DNA of 64,000 nt from a virus. Below, piece after piece: positions 45,765 to 54,273 of the stretch. The DNA lies in IMG/VR virus record IMGVR_UViG_3300043811_000074, positions 1 to 64,000 of that record. One strand, given 5' to 3'. The stretch's first letter is position 1, and each line of letters opens with the position of its first letter. The notes under the pieces were generated by a model. That model was not told the DNA's origin. It saw only the letters and a program-made list of their open reading frames with translations, and ran no database searches. The translations under genes and the position numbers were made by a program.

Positions 45765-46327
45765 GGCTGAATCCTCCAAATATGCGTTGCGAACCATCCC
45801 CCATCGGCACGCGGATAGGTCGCGGTCAGGAGCGGGACGATTTCTTTTTTCCACGACTCGAACGAGCGGATGCCGCCGTTGCAGTCGAAGACAAAATCGC
45901 TAGTGATTTCGCCGGTCCTGCCGCATTGCCCGCAAGTCGCCTCCATAAAAGCTGAGTCGCGACAATTGCAGCGGCGATTGGTGCGCCAGCAAGCGGTCCA
46001 GTGAGTCATCCTGTATGCCCACTTCGCGTTAGCGCCGGGCTTGGTCCAAGGGCCAGTCCATTGGACGCGGACCAGGGCGATTTGCGGCGCGAACATATTC
46101 TCGACGTCTGCGACCGCCGCGACAAACTTGCGACCCAGGTTCGCCACCGCTGATTTCATCATCGTGGGCGAAGTATAGCCGCGTTCCTCGAAGCCGGGAA
46201 TCTGGCCGCGCACTTCGGAGAGCGGCACTTGCAGGGCGAAGGCGAGCGCCGACGGACCGCAGTTGCATCCGTAATCTCGATTGGCCTGTTCGAATTCTTC
46301 CATCGTGAACGGGTAATCGTAGTTCAT
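45761..46327 (-). CDS. Papain-fold/C39-like peptidase candidate
   Basis: NCGPSALAFAL, THW and VFD give a Cys-His-Asp order. Confidence 0.5.
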   Translation of the reverse strand: MNYDYPFTMEEFEQANRDYGCNCGPSALAFALQVPLSEVRGQIPGFEERGYTSPTMMKSAVANLGRKFVAAVADVENMFAPQIALVRVQWTGPWTKPGANAKWAYRMTHWTACWRTNRRCNCRDSAFMEATCGQCGRTGEITSDFVFDCNGGIRSFESWKKEIVPLLTATYPRADGGWFATHIWRIQP

Positions 46328-46527
46328 TTCCCCATTTCCTCTTTCAGTATCTTGAACAATTCGACCATTGTTCCAACCGGGCAATGTTCGACTAATGCCT
46401 TCGCCAACCGGCGGGCGTCCTGAGCGAAGTTAATGTCGCTGGACAATGGCTTTGGCAGCAAGTGAATACTAACCGTGTTGACGCCAATCGTGTCGATCTC
46501 AACAACGATGCTCTTAGCCTTTTTCAT
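46324..46527 (-). CDS. Hypothetical protein
   Basis: ATGA coupling. Confidence 0.5.
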   Translation of the reverse strand: MKKAKSIVVEIDTIGVNTVSIHLLPKPLSSDINFAQDARRLAKALVEHCPVGTMVELFKILKEEMGK

Positions 46528-46766
46528 TGCCAACCACTGCCTCCGCACTCAGGACATTCAAAGTAAAGCCCAACGCCACCCTGGTCCGTTCCGACCCAAC
46601 CATCGCCGTCGCAGTACGGGCACTCAATCTGCATTTCGTAATCGTCTTCCCCGTCGTCGTCTGGCTCGCAGATTTCATCATCGCTGATGTAGTGCGGGCT
46701 GTTTTCCCGGTGCATCCGGTCGGAGTAGTCCTGGTCCGATTCATCGGGATAGCGTTCGGTGGTCAT
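46524..46766 (-). CDS. Acidic protein with DnaJ-like CxxCxGxG pair
   Basis: CPYCDGDG, CPECGGSG. Confidence 0.6.
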   Translation of the reverse strand: MTTERYPDESDQDYSDRMHRENSPHYISDDEICEPDDDGEDDYEMQIECPYCDGDGWVGTDQGGVGLYFECPECGGSGWQ

Positions 46767-46933
46767 TTGGTAACTTCCTCCGTAATGCGCACCGGCAAGC
46801 CATGCCATGCTTTTTTCACGAACCTGAGCCAACTTTTCGCAGTTGCCTTTTCCCGATAGCGCTGCTGCATTCGGACCCAGCCACGCAGAGGGTGATTTAC
46901 TTCAATGGCATAGACAATAGCTTGCTTGCTCAT
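46763..46933 (-). CDS. Hypothetical protein
   Basis: ATGA coupling. Confidence 0.5.
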   Translation of the reverse strand: MSKQAIVYAIEVNHPLRGWVRMQQRYREKATAKSWLRFVKKAWHGLPVRITEEVTK

Positions 46934-47108
46934 TTTCCGACGTTCTCCATTTGCTTCACCAATTCCGCGACCGTGATTCCCCGATGGTCCGCGACGTTCG
47001 CCAGCGTATCTTGCTCTGACCACGAGCCAGCCCGCCACGCACAATGCGGGCGTCGGACAGCATCTCGGCAGCGAGCTTATCATTGGGCCAAATGGGTTTC
47101 ATCATGGG

Positions 47109-47306
47109 CTACTCCACTGGATTCGGTATCTCGTCTGACAGTTCGTAACGGATCAGCCGCCCGCTCGTATCGTTGAACACCTTGAGCCATTCGGCAGTCG
47201 TGAACTCGCCGTGTTCCTTGGTGACGCTATCCATCGCGTTCCAGATGGCGGTGTTTGCCGCTGCCAGCCGCTTGCGCCGGTCCATTTCTTTCTTGGTGAT
47301 TCGCAT
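47109..47306 (-). CDS. Hypothetical protein
   Basis: GGAG RBS. Confidence 0.55.
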   Translation of the reverse strand: MRITKKEMDRRKRLAAANTAIWNAMDSVTKEHGEFTTAEWLKVFNDTSGRLIRYELSDEIPNPVE

Positions 47307-47309
47307 GGA

Positions 47310-47522
47310 TTACTCCAGCACAACCGCCGTCAGCGTGTTGCGCTCCGGCAGGTGTTCAAAACGTGAATAGTATTCCGATCCTGGACGACGCGGCGCGACC
47401 TGCTTAGTCACCAGCACAGCGTCACGAAATCCCGGCTGAAAATCAGCGACTCCACCGTTCACCAGCACCGGCGCATCGGGCGGCAGCTGGGCCAGGGCCT
47501 CCATTGCTTCGCGCACAGTCAT
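47310..47522 (-). CDS. Hypothetical phage protein
   Basis: MTVREAMEALAQLPPDAPVLV, a common phage N-terminus. Confidence 0.6.
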   Translation of the reverse strand: MTVREAMEALAQLPPDAPVLVNGGVADFQPGFRDAVLVTKQVAPRRPGSEYYSRFEHLPERNTLTAVVLE

Positions 47523-47583
47523 TGGATAATCTCCGATTCAGCCAACATACAACGATGTTTTGGATTGCCGCCCCACGGAAACG

Positions 47584-47835
47584 TCACGATGCGTCTTTCT
47601 GCGTCGATGATGGTTGCTGGACCTTCGTACCTTCCAGAAGCAAGATCAACGGCGATGGTAATGATTCGACCATGCCGAGAATCGACTGAATCGCCTTGGC
47701 CTTCGCTTCCCGGTAGCTCACGATGTCGAGGCCGATTAACTCGGCGGCCTTTGCCTCGGTGAGTTCGCCCGCTTCCTGCGTCAACATGATCGGATAGACC
47801 AGGCTCCCCAGCTTGCACAGTTCCAGACTGCTCAT
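47584..47835 (-). CDS. Small HTH-like protein
   Basis: AGELTEAKAAELIGLD. Confidence 0.45.
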   Translation of the reverse strand: MSSLELCKLGSLVYPIMLTQEAGELTEAKAAELIGLDIVSYREAKAKAIQSILGMVESLPSPLILLLEGTKVQQPSSTQKDAS

Positions 47836-47873
47836 TAAACACCTTTCCACAGTGAGGACAGGTAATCACAGCT

Positions 47874-48098
47874 TCACTCCAACGGTATTTCCAGGTATTC
47901 TTTGAGTGCCTGTCTTGCTCGGTCGATGAAGATGTCACGTGCCATCATTTGATCGGCGAGCCTATGTCGCTCGCACGCTTCGCCGGGGAACATCTTCGAC
48001 GTTTTGTAGTTCGATTCCGCGATGAAGGTCACGCGACAACCGCAGCCTTCGGAGTAGGTCCAATCGCGGTTTCGTTCGCGCCGCCATTGCTGTTTCAT
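47874..48098 (-). CDS. Hypothetical protein
   Basis: GAGG RBS. Confidence 0.5.
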   Translation of the reverse strand: MKQQWRRERNRDWTYSEGCGCRVTFIAESNYKTSKMFPGEACERHRLADQMMARDIFIDRARQALKEYLEIPLE

Positions 48099-48111
48099 GG
48101 CATTTCCTCTG

Positions 48112-48306
48112 TTACATTCCGTCGATCAGGTCTTCCAGTGGCGTTTCGGTTTCCTCTTCTTCGGGCGCGTGGTTACGCCAGATTTTCTTGCCGCGCTGCT
48201 GCTCGCGCCGAATCGTGTCAGCGCCACCCGGAACTTCGCCAAGTTTACAGCCAGTTTCCATCTTCATTTGCCGTTCCATACGTTCGGCTTCTTCTTTGGA
48301 AATCAT
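48112..48306 (-). CDS. Hypothetical protein
   Basis: ATGA coupling. Confidence 0.5.
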   Translation of the reverse strand: MISKEEAERMERQMKMETGCKLGEVPGGADTIRREQQRGKKIWRNHAPEEEETETPLEDLIDGM

Positions 48307-49067
48307 TTGTCGGATGCCCCTTTCGGTCTGTAGTATCGTGCATCGCCTTCCTGGATTGTTTCGTGGTCATCAGCCGCCTCTTCCAAGTCCCTCTGAAACT
48401 GTGATTGGTTTGGGAGTGCTACTTCCGCCATGTTCCGAATCTCGGCCAGCGCGTCGAACAGTTCGTGAGTTGCGACCTCCTCGCCGAAGTTTGCAAGCGA
48501 CTTCCGGCGGCGCTGGGCGTTGGCTTTCTCGGCAATCTTCCGCAGCGACTCCAGCAACGTCTTGACTTGTTCTGTTCGCCCGTCGTGAAGCCTTTCCCAT
48601 TTCGTCGCCAACTCAGCGAACCGCAAGACAATGCCGCGCTGAAGCTCTGGCGTTGTTTGGTCCCACCGCACCAGAACCTCGTCTTTGGTCTGCTTGTCCC
48701 ATTTGATTGCTTCGCGGGCATCATCCATGATCTTCCGCGCCCTGCCGTCCCGCAGCATGGCCGCTGTGATGCCACATTCCTGCCGCAGCGTGTCCAGTTC
48801 GGCGATGTAGTGCAGCTGGCCAGCCGTTGCCCCGGTCTCGACAACGCCCAGCATCTTGCAGCACGCAATGCCGCTCGTTGGCAGGCCATTGACGCCATTC
48901 GGCAATTGTCCGCCCTTGCCGCCGCAATGCTGGCAGATTTCGTACAGCATGGATTGCTTGCGCGGTGGACCGGCAACCGCTCCTTGCGACCTGTCCGGCC
49001 CCGGCAAGTGTCCGCACATTTGCTCGTCAGCGAGCATCTTGTCAACTTCGTCTTTGGTGACTTTCAC
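48303..49067 (-). CDS. Hypothetical protein
   Basis: GTGA overlap with the XRE gene stop; AGGAG RBS. Confidence 0.55.
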   Translation of the reverse strand: MKVTKDEVDKMLADEQMCGHLPGPDRSQGAVAGPPRKQSMLYEICQHCGGKGGQLPNGVNGLPTSGIACCKMLGVVETGATAGQLHYIAELDTLRQECGITAAMLRDGRARKIMDDAREAIKWDKQTKDEVLVRWDQTTPELQRGIVLRFAELATKWERLHDGRTEQVKTLLESLRKIAEKANAQRRRKSLANFGEEVATHELFDALAEIRNMAEVALPNQSQFQRDLEEAADDHETIQEGDARYYRPKGASDK

Positions 49068-49297
49068 TCGAATTTCTCCTTCCCCAAAAGAACCTTGTTC
49101 GGGCTGATCCCCAACATGAAGCACAGCCGCAGTATCGTATCCGCTCCGGGCATGGACTTCGCCGTTTCAATACCGTGCAGACCGGCAACGCTCAGGTCCG
49201 TGCGGTCAGCCACGTCCCGCAAGCTGAACCGCAGCGCCAAGCGACGGTCTCGAAGGCGCTGACCTAGTTGCTCCATGAATTCGGTCGGCTCACGCAT
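49064..49297 (-). CDS. XRE-family HTH protein
   Basis: LGQRLRDRRLALRFSLRDVADRTDLS...IET.KSMP. Confidence 0.85.
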   Translation of the reverse strand: MREPTEFMEQLGQRLRDRRLALRFSLRDVADRTDLSVAGLHGIETAKSMPGADTILRLCFMLGISPNKVLLGKEKFE

Positions 49298-49300
49298 GGC

Positions 49301-49498
49301 TTACCTTCCTTTCCGATAGCGCGGGTCTGATTTGGGCGGCTGGTAATCGGGCGGCAGCGGTTCGTCCGGGTCGTACTGATGCACGAAGCCCACTCTGCCC
49401 GCGCCAGAGCAATCGCCGTGCGCCGGGACCGGGCCGATACAGGAGTCCTCTTCATCCGCCGGCAGTTTCTCCCGGCAGGTGGGGCAGACGACTATCAT
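49301..49498 (-). CDS. Small Cys/His protein
   Basis: CPTC...PAHGDCSGAG. Confidence 0.5.
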   Translation of the reverse strand: MIVVCPTCREKLPADEEDSCIGPVPAHGDCSGAGRVGFVHQYDPDEPLPPDYQPPKSDPRYRKGR

Positions 49499-49701
49499 GG
49501 CTTGGCCTCCAGGTAACTCTTGAGCCATTCGGCGCGGGCCTGGTCTGCCGACTCCATGAAACTCAGGCCGTTGCCTTTGAGTGCTTCGTACCGTTCGGAA
49601 ATGACGCGCCGGGCCGCGATAATTTCTTTGCTGTACGTCGGCTGCATGATGTTGCCGCTGGCGAGAACACGAGACACGAACAGGCAGTCGTCAAGGCTCA
49701 T
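49495..49701 (-). CDS. Hypothetical protein
   Basis: ATGA coupling. Confidence 0.5.
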   Translation of the reverse strand: MSLDDCLFVSRVLASGNIMQPTYSKEIIAARRVISERYEALKGNGLSFMESADQARAEWLKSYLEAKP

Positions 49702-49925
49702 GGCTTGGCCCTTGTGGGAAATTCCTGCAAGCACAGGAATCGCAGAAGTAGCACAGGTGGCGGTTTCAGCAAAAACGCACGGGCGACGAATCTAATCCGA
49801 TCCTTGTTTGCTTTGGACATTTTGGGCCACGGTAAAACGCGTGGTTCATGGGCAACCGCTTTCGCGACCATCCACGCAGCAAGCTCGTCTACTTCGGCTT
49901 TCGTCGGCTTTTTCATCGTCGTCAC
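49698..49925 (-). CDS. Hypothetical protein
   Basis: GTGA coupling to rusA. Confidence 0.45.
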   Translation of the reverse strand: MTTMKKPTKAEVDELAAWMVAKAVAHEPRVLPWPKMSKANKDRIRFVARAFLLKPPPVLLLRFLCLQEFPTRAKP

Positions 49926-50404
49926 TCCCTCACTCGGATCGTCACCACGACCTTGCCGCCCGCGAACACACTGCGACGGAACAGGTGCATTTCGTCGATG
50001 TTGGAATCGTCGGCCAGTACACCAGCCTTGACAAGAGCATCGACCACAAGTTTTTCTGCGTTGCAAATATCAAACCGTCCCTTGGTCGGTGGGAACACTT
50101 CCAGCGTCACCGCCAGCCGAAAGCATCTGGCAAAGCCCCATGCTTGGCCTATCTGCGCAGCGGTACACACAACGGCCCAAACGTCCTTGTAATACTGCCG
50201 CGTCGCCTTGGCGCTGACCATAAACACCTTGCCGTCGCGCTGAATCGGAACCTTTGAATGGTTCGCCGACAGCGGCCACGGCAGCACGAGGGTCAGTGGC
50301 TCCGGCGTGGCCGGCATCTTCGCCAGCGCCGGCCTTGGCAGGCAGGCATCGGTGATTGTGCCGTTCGCTACGCCACGGGTATACCAGTCGGGATCAGCGG
50401 TCAT
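49922..50404 (-). CDS. rusA: RusA-family Holliday junction resolvase
   Basis: LPWPLSAN, FPP...RFDICNAEKLVVDAL..AGVLADDSNI. Confidence 0.85.
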   Translation of the reverse strand: MTADPDWYTRGVANGTITDACLPRPALAKMPATPEPLTLVLPWPLSANHSKVPIQRDGKVFMVSAKATRQYYKDVWAVVCTAAQIGQAWGFARCFRLAVTLEVFPPTKGRFDICNAEKLVVDALVKAGVLADDSNIDEMHLFRRSVFAGGKVVVTIRVRE

Positions 50405-51018
50405 GTTTCCTCCGGCAACGGTGCTATCTTGTTCTTCGCCAAAGCGCTTTTTCTTTCTGCCTCAATCCAGGCGGTGAGCGCCTTGGGCATTTTTCCCGTC
50501 TGATGCCGCCGCGTGGAATACACCAGGGCTTCCAAGACGATCACGGATTCCAGGCGCGGCAAACAATTCTCGGTATCCGGCTGATCGGAGAGATACCACC
50601 ATCGCTGACCGTTGCCATAACTTGGCACTGACAACCATTGCTTGCCATAGGCATTCTTTGCGCCGGCGAAGTCATTTTTGCTCGCATCCTCCATGACAGG
50701 GATTTCGCTGATTTGCAGGAACAGGTCCACGGACAGCCGATCCCCAACGCCGATAGCGAATTCGTTTGCCAATCTCTTGGCGTCTTTGACCGCTTCTTCC
50801 AGGCTAGTCAAGTAGCCGTAAAAATCGTTTAACGTGCTACGGTTGCTCAGTACGTTCTCATCATGGCGCAGGACTATCTTGGTTTCCGATTCCCTGAGCC
50901 AGAGAATCCGCTTGGTGAATGGCAGAAATTGAAACGTATCGCCCACGACAAACCGCTCGAAAAGGCGCATTTCTTCATCGCGGATTACCGGGCAAATGCT
51001 GTTGTGCTTGTCCATCAT
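50401..51018 (-). CDS. Hypothetical protein
   Basis: Coupled at both ends. Confidence 0.6.
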   Translation of the reverse strand: MMDKHNSICPVIRDEEMRLFERFVVGDTFQFLPFTKRILWLRESETKIVLRHDENVLSNRSTLNDFYGYLTSLEEAVKDAKRLANEFAIGVGDRLSVDLFLQISEIPVMEDASKNDFAGAKNAYGKQWLSVPSYGNGQRWWYLSDQPDTENCLPRLESVIVLEALVYSTRRHQTGKMPKALTAWIEAERKSALAKNKIAPLPEET

Positions 51019-51209
51019 ACTTCCTCCCTCAAGCGCCCGCCGTCTGCTGCGGTTGGTTCCGGCAATTCCAGGGCGGCCAGGCGATGCAAGATCGAGGCTG
51101 CCGAATTCATCGCCTGTCGTGGGTCAATCGGGAACAGGTCAGTCAGCGCATTGGCAATGCACGCTTGCGCTGCCTCCCAATCGTTGATAGCGACTGCTGC
51201 ACTTATCAT
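51015..51209 (-). CDS. Hypothetical protein
   Basis: AASILHRLA, similar to the next gene. Confidence 0.5.
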   Translation of the reverse strand: MISAAVAINDWEAAQACIANALTDLFPIDPRQAMNSAASILHRLAALELPEPTAADGGRLREEV

Positions 51210-51397
51210 GATTCTTTCCTTTCCGGTTTCTGCCGATCCAACATGATCGGCTGCTCCAGCGACGCGAGCCGTGCCAGGATTGCCCGTGCCGTCCGATCAG
51301 CTGCCCCGCGGCTGGCGTAGAGCATTTCCACCAGCGCCGTGGTGATGCAGTCAAGGGCCGCTTGGTACTCGGCGGCGATGTCGGGCGGGATGCGCAT
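51206..51397 (-). CDS. Hypothetical protein
   Basis: ARAILARLA; GAGG RBS. Confidence 0.5.
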   Translation of the reverse strand: MRIPPDIAAEYQAALDCITTALVEMLYASRGAADRTARAILARLASLEQPIMLDRQKPERKES

Positions 51398-51406
51398 GGG
51401 CGGTCC

Positions 51407-51676
51407 TCACTTTCCAGGCCAGAGCCTATTGCGCACTTCGATCAACTCGGCAATCAGCTTGTCCACGGTGACTGCTTCCTCAAACATCGCCACGGCGCGA
51501 CCGTCCAGCGACGGCGATTCGACTTGCACCACCAGGCACTTGTTGCCGGTGTCCCGGCGCTCGCCCTGACCAATCCACAGCCCGGTCAGGTCGTGATAAA
51601 ACTGGTACTTAGCCCCGAACAGTTTGTTTTGCTTCGGCGGCGGCAGGCGTTCGTAATCGTCGCGGCGGAGGGTCAT
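51407..51676 (-). CDS. Hypothetical protein
   Basis: ATGA coupling. Confidence 0.55.
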   Translation of the reverse strand: MTLRRDDYERLPPPKQNKLFGAKYQFYHDLTGLWIGQGERRDTGNKCLVVQVESPSLDGRAVAMFEEAVTVDKLIAELIEVRNRLWPGK

Positions 51677-51855
51677 GGCTTTCGCTCCAGGTCGAGGATG
51701 AAGCGTGCGAGACTATCGGCTTTGTTGAGCAATTCTTGATGGTATTCAGGATCGACCCAAACCGGCGCGCCTTCGGTATCGTTCAGGTACTCATTGCCTT
51801 GTGCAGCGCCGCGAATGTATTCGGCGTCGGCACGAATTTCGTCGGGGATGGTCAT
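51673..51855 (-). CDS. Hypothetical protein
   Basis: AAGGG RBS. Confidence 0.5.
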   Translation of the reverse strand: MTIPDEIRADAEYIRGAAQGNEYLNDTEGAPVWVDPEYHQELLNKADSLARFILDLERKP

Positions 51856-52124
51856 TGCGTCCCTTTCATGCTGGTGGAAATGCCGCGTTGCCCTTAGCAT
51901 TATCGGCCAGCGGGCCGCCGTCAATCCGTCGCTCGGCAGCGCCATTTTTCTGATTCATTCGCCAGCGATTGTGTTCCGCCGACTGGCCGGAGTGCGGACA
52001 CTTCTCACCCTTGGCGTGGTGCGTGGCGTACACCAGCGCTGCATTGTCGCGGACGCCACCGGCAGGTCCAGGACGGGGACCAGCTGGCCACAGTGGGGGC
52101 AGTGATGGAAGTTGGAGGATGGCA

Positions 52125-52763
52125 TTATTCGATCCCCAAAAGTTTCTTTTGCATCTTTGTGGCAAAGGCTCGGGCGCTGCGTTCGTCCCTGAGTTTTTTG
52201 TTGGCCGCTTCCAGACGTTTTTCCAGGCCGACAAGTCTTTCGGTCAGCGCGGCAAATTGTAGATCGTCCCGGCGTAACTTGCTACGCACGCGATGCACCG
52301 ATTCAATTGCCGCCAGTATCCAACACTTTTCGGCGGCGCTGTCCTGATGCGACGGTTCTTTTTTTTCGTGGATCGGCACTTTCTCTTGGCGCGATGGCTT
52401 GGTATTCTTCGCCAATTGTTTCGGCTCGGTTGGATTCCAGCGCTGCCTTTCCCGTGCTTGCCGCTGTTCATCCAACGTCTGATTGTCCATCTCGACACTG
52501 AGCCGCAAGACGGTCTCGTGGTCCCACACGGTTTGAATCAGCAGCACGTCGCCAAAGTCGCGGCCCACAAACCATGCGCCGGTTTCCCGGCAATGGAAAT
52601 ACCTGGAATTACCCAGCCGCCGAAATGGAATTGGGTCATTCCTGCCAATCTCAACAGCCCGGCGAACATGCTGAGAGACTTCGCGCTTGTCGGCATCGCC
52701 GTAGCGTGCGATGCGCTCTCGGTAGCGGGCCAGAGCATGATCCGAGACACGAATGGAAGGCAC
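52125..52763 (-). CDS. Protein with an N-terminal VSDHA..RY.ER (RelE/DUF4258-like) domain and coiled-coil tail
   Basis: MPSIRVSDHALARYRERI...LLIQTV; GAGG RBS. Confidence 0.55.
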   Translation of the reverse strand: MPSIRVSDHALARYRERIARYGDADKREVSQHVRRAVEIGRNDPIPFRRLGNSRYFHCRETGAWFVGRDFGDVLLIQTVWDHETVLRLSVEMDNQTLDEQRQARERQRWNPTEPKQLAKNTKPSRQEKVPIHEKKEPSHQDSAAEKCWILAAIESVHRVRSKLRRDDLQFAALTERLVGLEKRLEAANKKLRDERSARAFATKMQKKLLGIE

Positions 52764-52902
52764 GATAACCTCGCTTCCTCAGTACGTGCCGAACCGCCCG
52801 GCATTTCCTGCCACGGAAAGAAGCGCAGACGATTCGGCTAGTGCTTGCATGAATGGCGTCCGTGGCAGGACGTTGTGATACTACGCTTCTCCGGGCTGGG
52901 CG

Positions 52903-53667
52903 TCAAGGTCCGTTGCGGAGATTTTCGAGAATCCGTCTGCCGATGTATTCGGCTACTTGCGGCACTACGGAATTTCCGAGACCTCTGTATCTGTCCAACC
53001 TATCGGGAAGCCCATCAACCACTCGACAAAGTTTGCTGTTGGGCAACCACCTTGTTCGATCTGGAAATGCAGCACAAGGTTGGCACTCGCCGGGCCACAG
53101 CCGAAGCCGAGCCGTTTGTTTCTCGCCTGTTTTTTCAAATGGGCCTCTTTGGAAAACCTCATTCGTTTCGCGTCGCTCGCCTGAGCGGTAGGCCACAATG
53201 AAAACTCTTTCTCTTTCGTGGGGCGCACCAAAAGCCTGCGCGGGTATAGTCTGCCATTCCGCATCAAACCCGATCTCGGAAAGATTTCCGAGAACAGTTC
53301 CAAGCCCCCGAAAAGTAAGAGCTGAGACGTTCTCCAAGATTGCGTATCGCGGTCGAATTGCGCCAAGAATCCGAGCAAATTCAAACCAGAGTCCAGAGCG
53401 TTCGTCGGCAAGTCCAGCTCCATTGTGATTTGCCCCACTAATTCCTTGACAAGGAAAACCGCCTGCAATCAAATCAACATCGCAATCCATGTTCGTCGGT
53501 GGGAAGGTTCGCACGTCATCCCATTTTGGAATTGCCGGCCAGTGTTTCTCCAACACGTTTCGGCAGAATGGATCAATCTCCACTTGCCAGGCGCACTTCA
53601 TCCCGGCGCGTTCCAAGCCTAAATCCATCCCGCCAATTCCAGCAAAGAGTGAACCAAACCGCATCAC
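52903..53667 (-). CDS. C5-cytosine DNA methyltransferase, alpha subunit (no motif IX)
   Basis: SLFAGIGG, GGFPCQ, ENV, RERVFIVA, LGNSVVPQ. Confidence 0.92.
   Translation of the reverse strand: MMRFGSLFAGIGGMDLGLERAGMKCAWQVEIDPFCRNVLEKHWPAIPKWDDVRTFPPTNMDCDVDLIAGGFPCQGISGANHNGAGLADERSGLWFEFARILGAIRPRYAILENVSALTFRGLGTVLGNLSEIGFDAEWQTIPAQAFGAPHERERVFIVAYRSGERRETNEVFQRGPFEKTGEKQTARLRLWPGECQPCAAFPDRTRWLPNSKLCRVVDGLPDRLDRYRGLGNSVVPQVAEYIGRRILENLRNGP
52965..53468 (-). CDS. C5 MTase beta subunit, encoded out of frame inside alpha
   Basis: SWRTSQ, FPRSGLMRNG, LWPTAQASD, and motif IX-like ANFVEWLMGFPIGWT; start uncertain. Confidence 0.75.
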   Translation of the reverse strand: MQAVFLVKELVGQITMELDLPTNALDSGLNLLGFLAQFDRDTQSWRTSQLLLFGGLELFSEIFPRSGLMRNGRLYPRRLLVRPTKEKEFSLWPTAQASDAKRMRFSKEAHLKKQARNKRLGFGCGPASANLVLHFQIEQGGCPTANFVEWLMGFPIGWTDTEVSEIP

Positions 53668-53963
53668 TCCCTCCCCTCCAATATCCCCTCAACCAGCCCC
53701 CGCGCCGTCTCGCCCAGGTCCACCAGGGCCGCCTCCACTTCGGCGCGGCAGGGATGCTGGCTCAGGCGGCGGAGGGTCAGCACAACTTCGACCACGGTTT
53801 CCGGCGTCACCTTCTCACGGGCCGCAATCGCCGTTCGCCGCCAGGTCCACGCGGCATTCGGTGATGTGGTTCGCGGCGCGAGCAGCGCTTGAGGCAGAGT
53901 TCGCAGAAACCGCCGACGCGAAAAGTCTTCAAGAGCGCAGTGTCGATGATCTTCATGCGTCAT
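53664..53963 (-). CDS. Hypothetical protein
   Basis: Coupled to the MTase start. Confidence 0.5.
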   Translation of the reverse strand: MTHEDHRHCALEDFSRRRFLRTLPQALLAPRTTSPNAAWTWRRTAIAAREKVTPETVVEVVLTLRRLSQHPCRAEVEAALVDLGETARGLVEGILEGRE

Positions 53964-54165
53964 AGTCCCCGTAAACACTCCCATACTGACCGGGCATATT
54001 CGAGCCGCTGCATTCATGCCGGTGATTCGTTGCGTGCGGACAGCGTTTGTTCCCGCACTTGGGACACAAAACCATCCTTGCCGTTTCAGCTGGCAGCGCC
54101 GGTACGGTCGGATTCCGTTCGTCGCGATCTCGCAAGCATTGGATACAGTCGCAACGGTCGTTCAC
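53953..54165 (-). CDS. Small Cys-rich phage protein
   Basis: RMVLCPKCGNKRCPHATNHRHECSGSN.PGQ.GS.Y. Confidence 0.75.
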   Translation of the reverse strand: MNDRCDCIQCLRDRDERNPTVPALPAETARMVLCPKCGNKRCPHATNHRHECSGSNMPGQYGSVYGDYDA

Positions 54166-54238
54166 GAATTAACCGGCCTGGAAGCCACCGCCTGAAGAGC
54201 GGTGGAGGAAAGGCCGCTCCTAAAAATAACTACCGACC

Positions 54239-54267
54239 TTGCTAGGGAGCGCCGCGATCCCTATAAT
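54239..54267 (+). promoter_or_regulatory. tnpB promoter (leaderless)
   Basis: TTGCTA-17 nt-TATAAT, ATG 6 nt downstream. Confidence 0.65.
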
Positions 54268-54273
54268 CAAGCA

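Noticed and set aside
54202-54273. Upstream start for tnpB
   Set aside because: Lies in the left-end hairpin and promoter; ATG 54274 fits a leaderless start.
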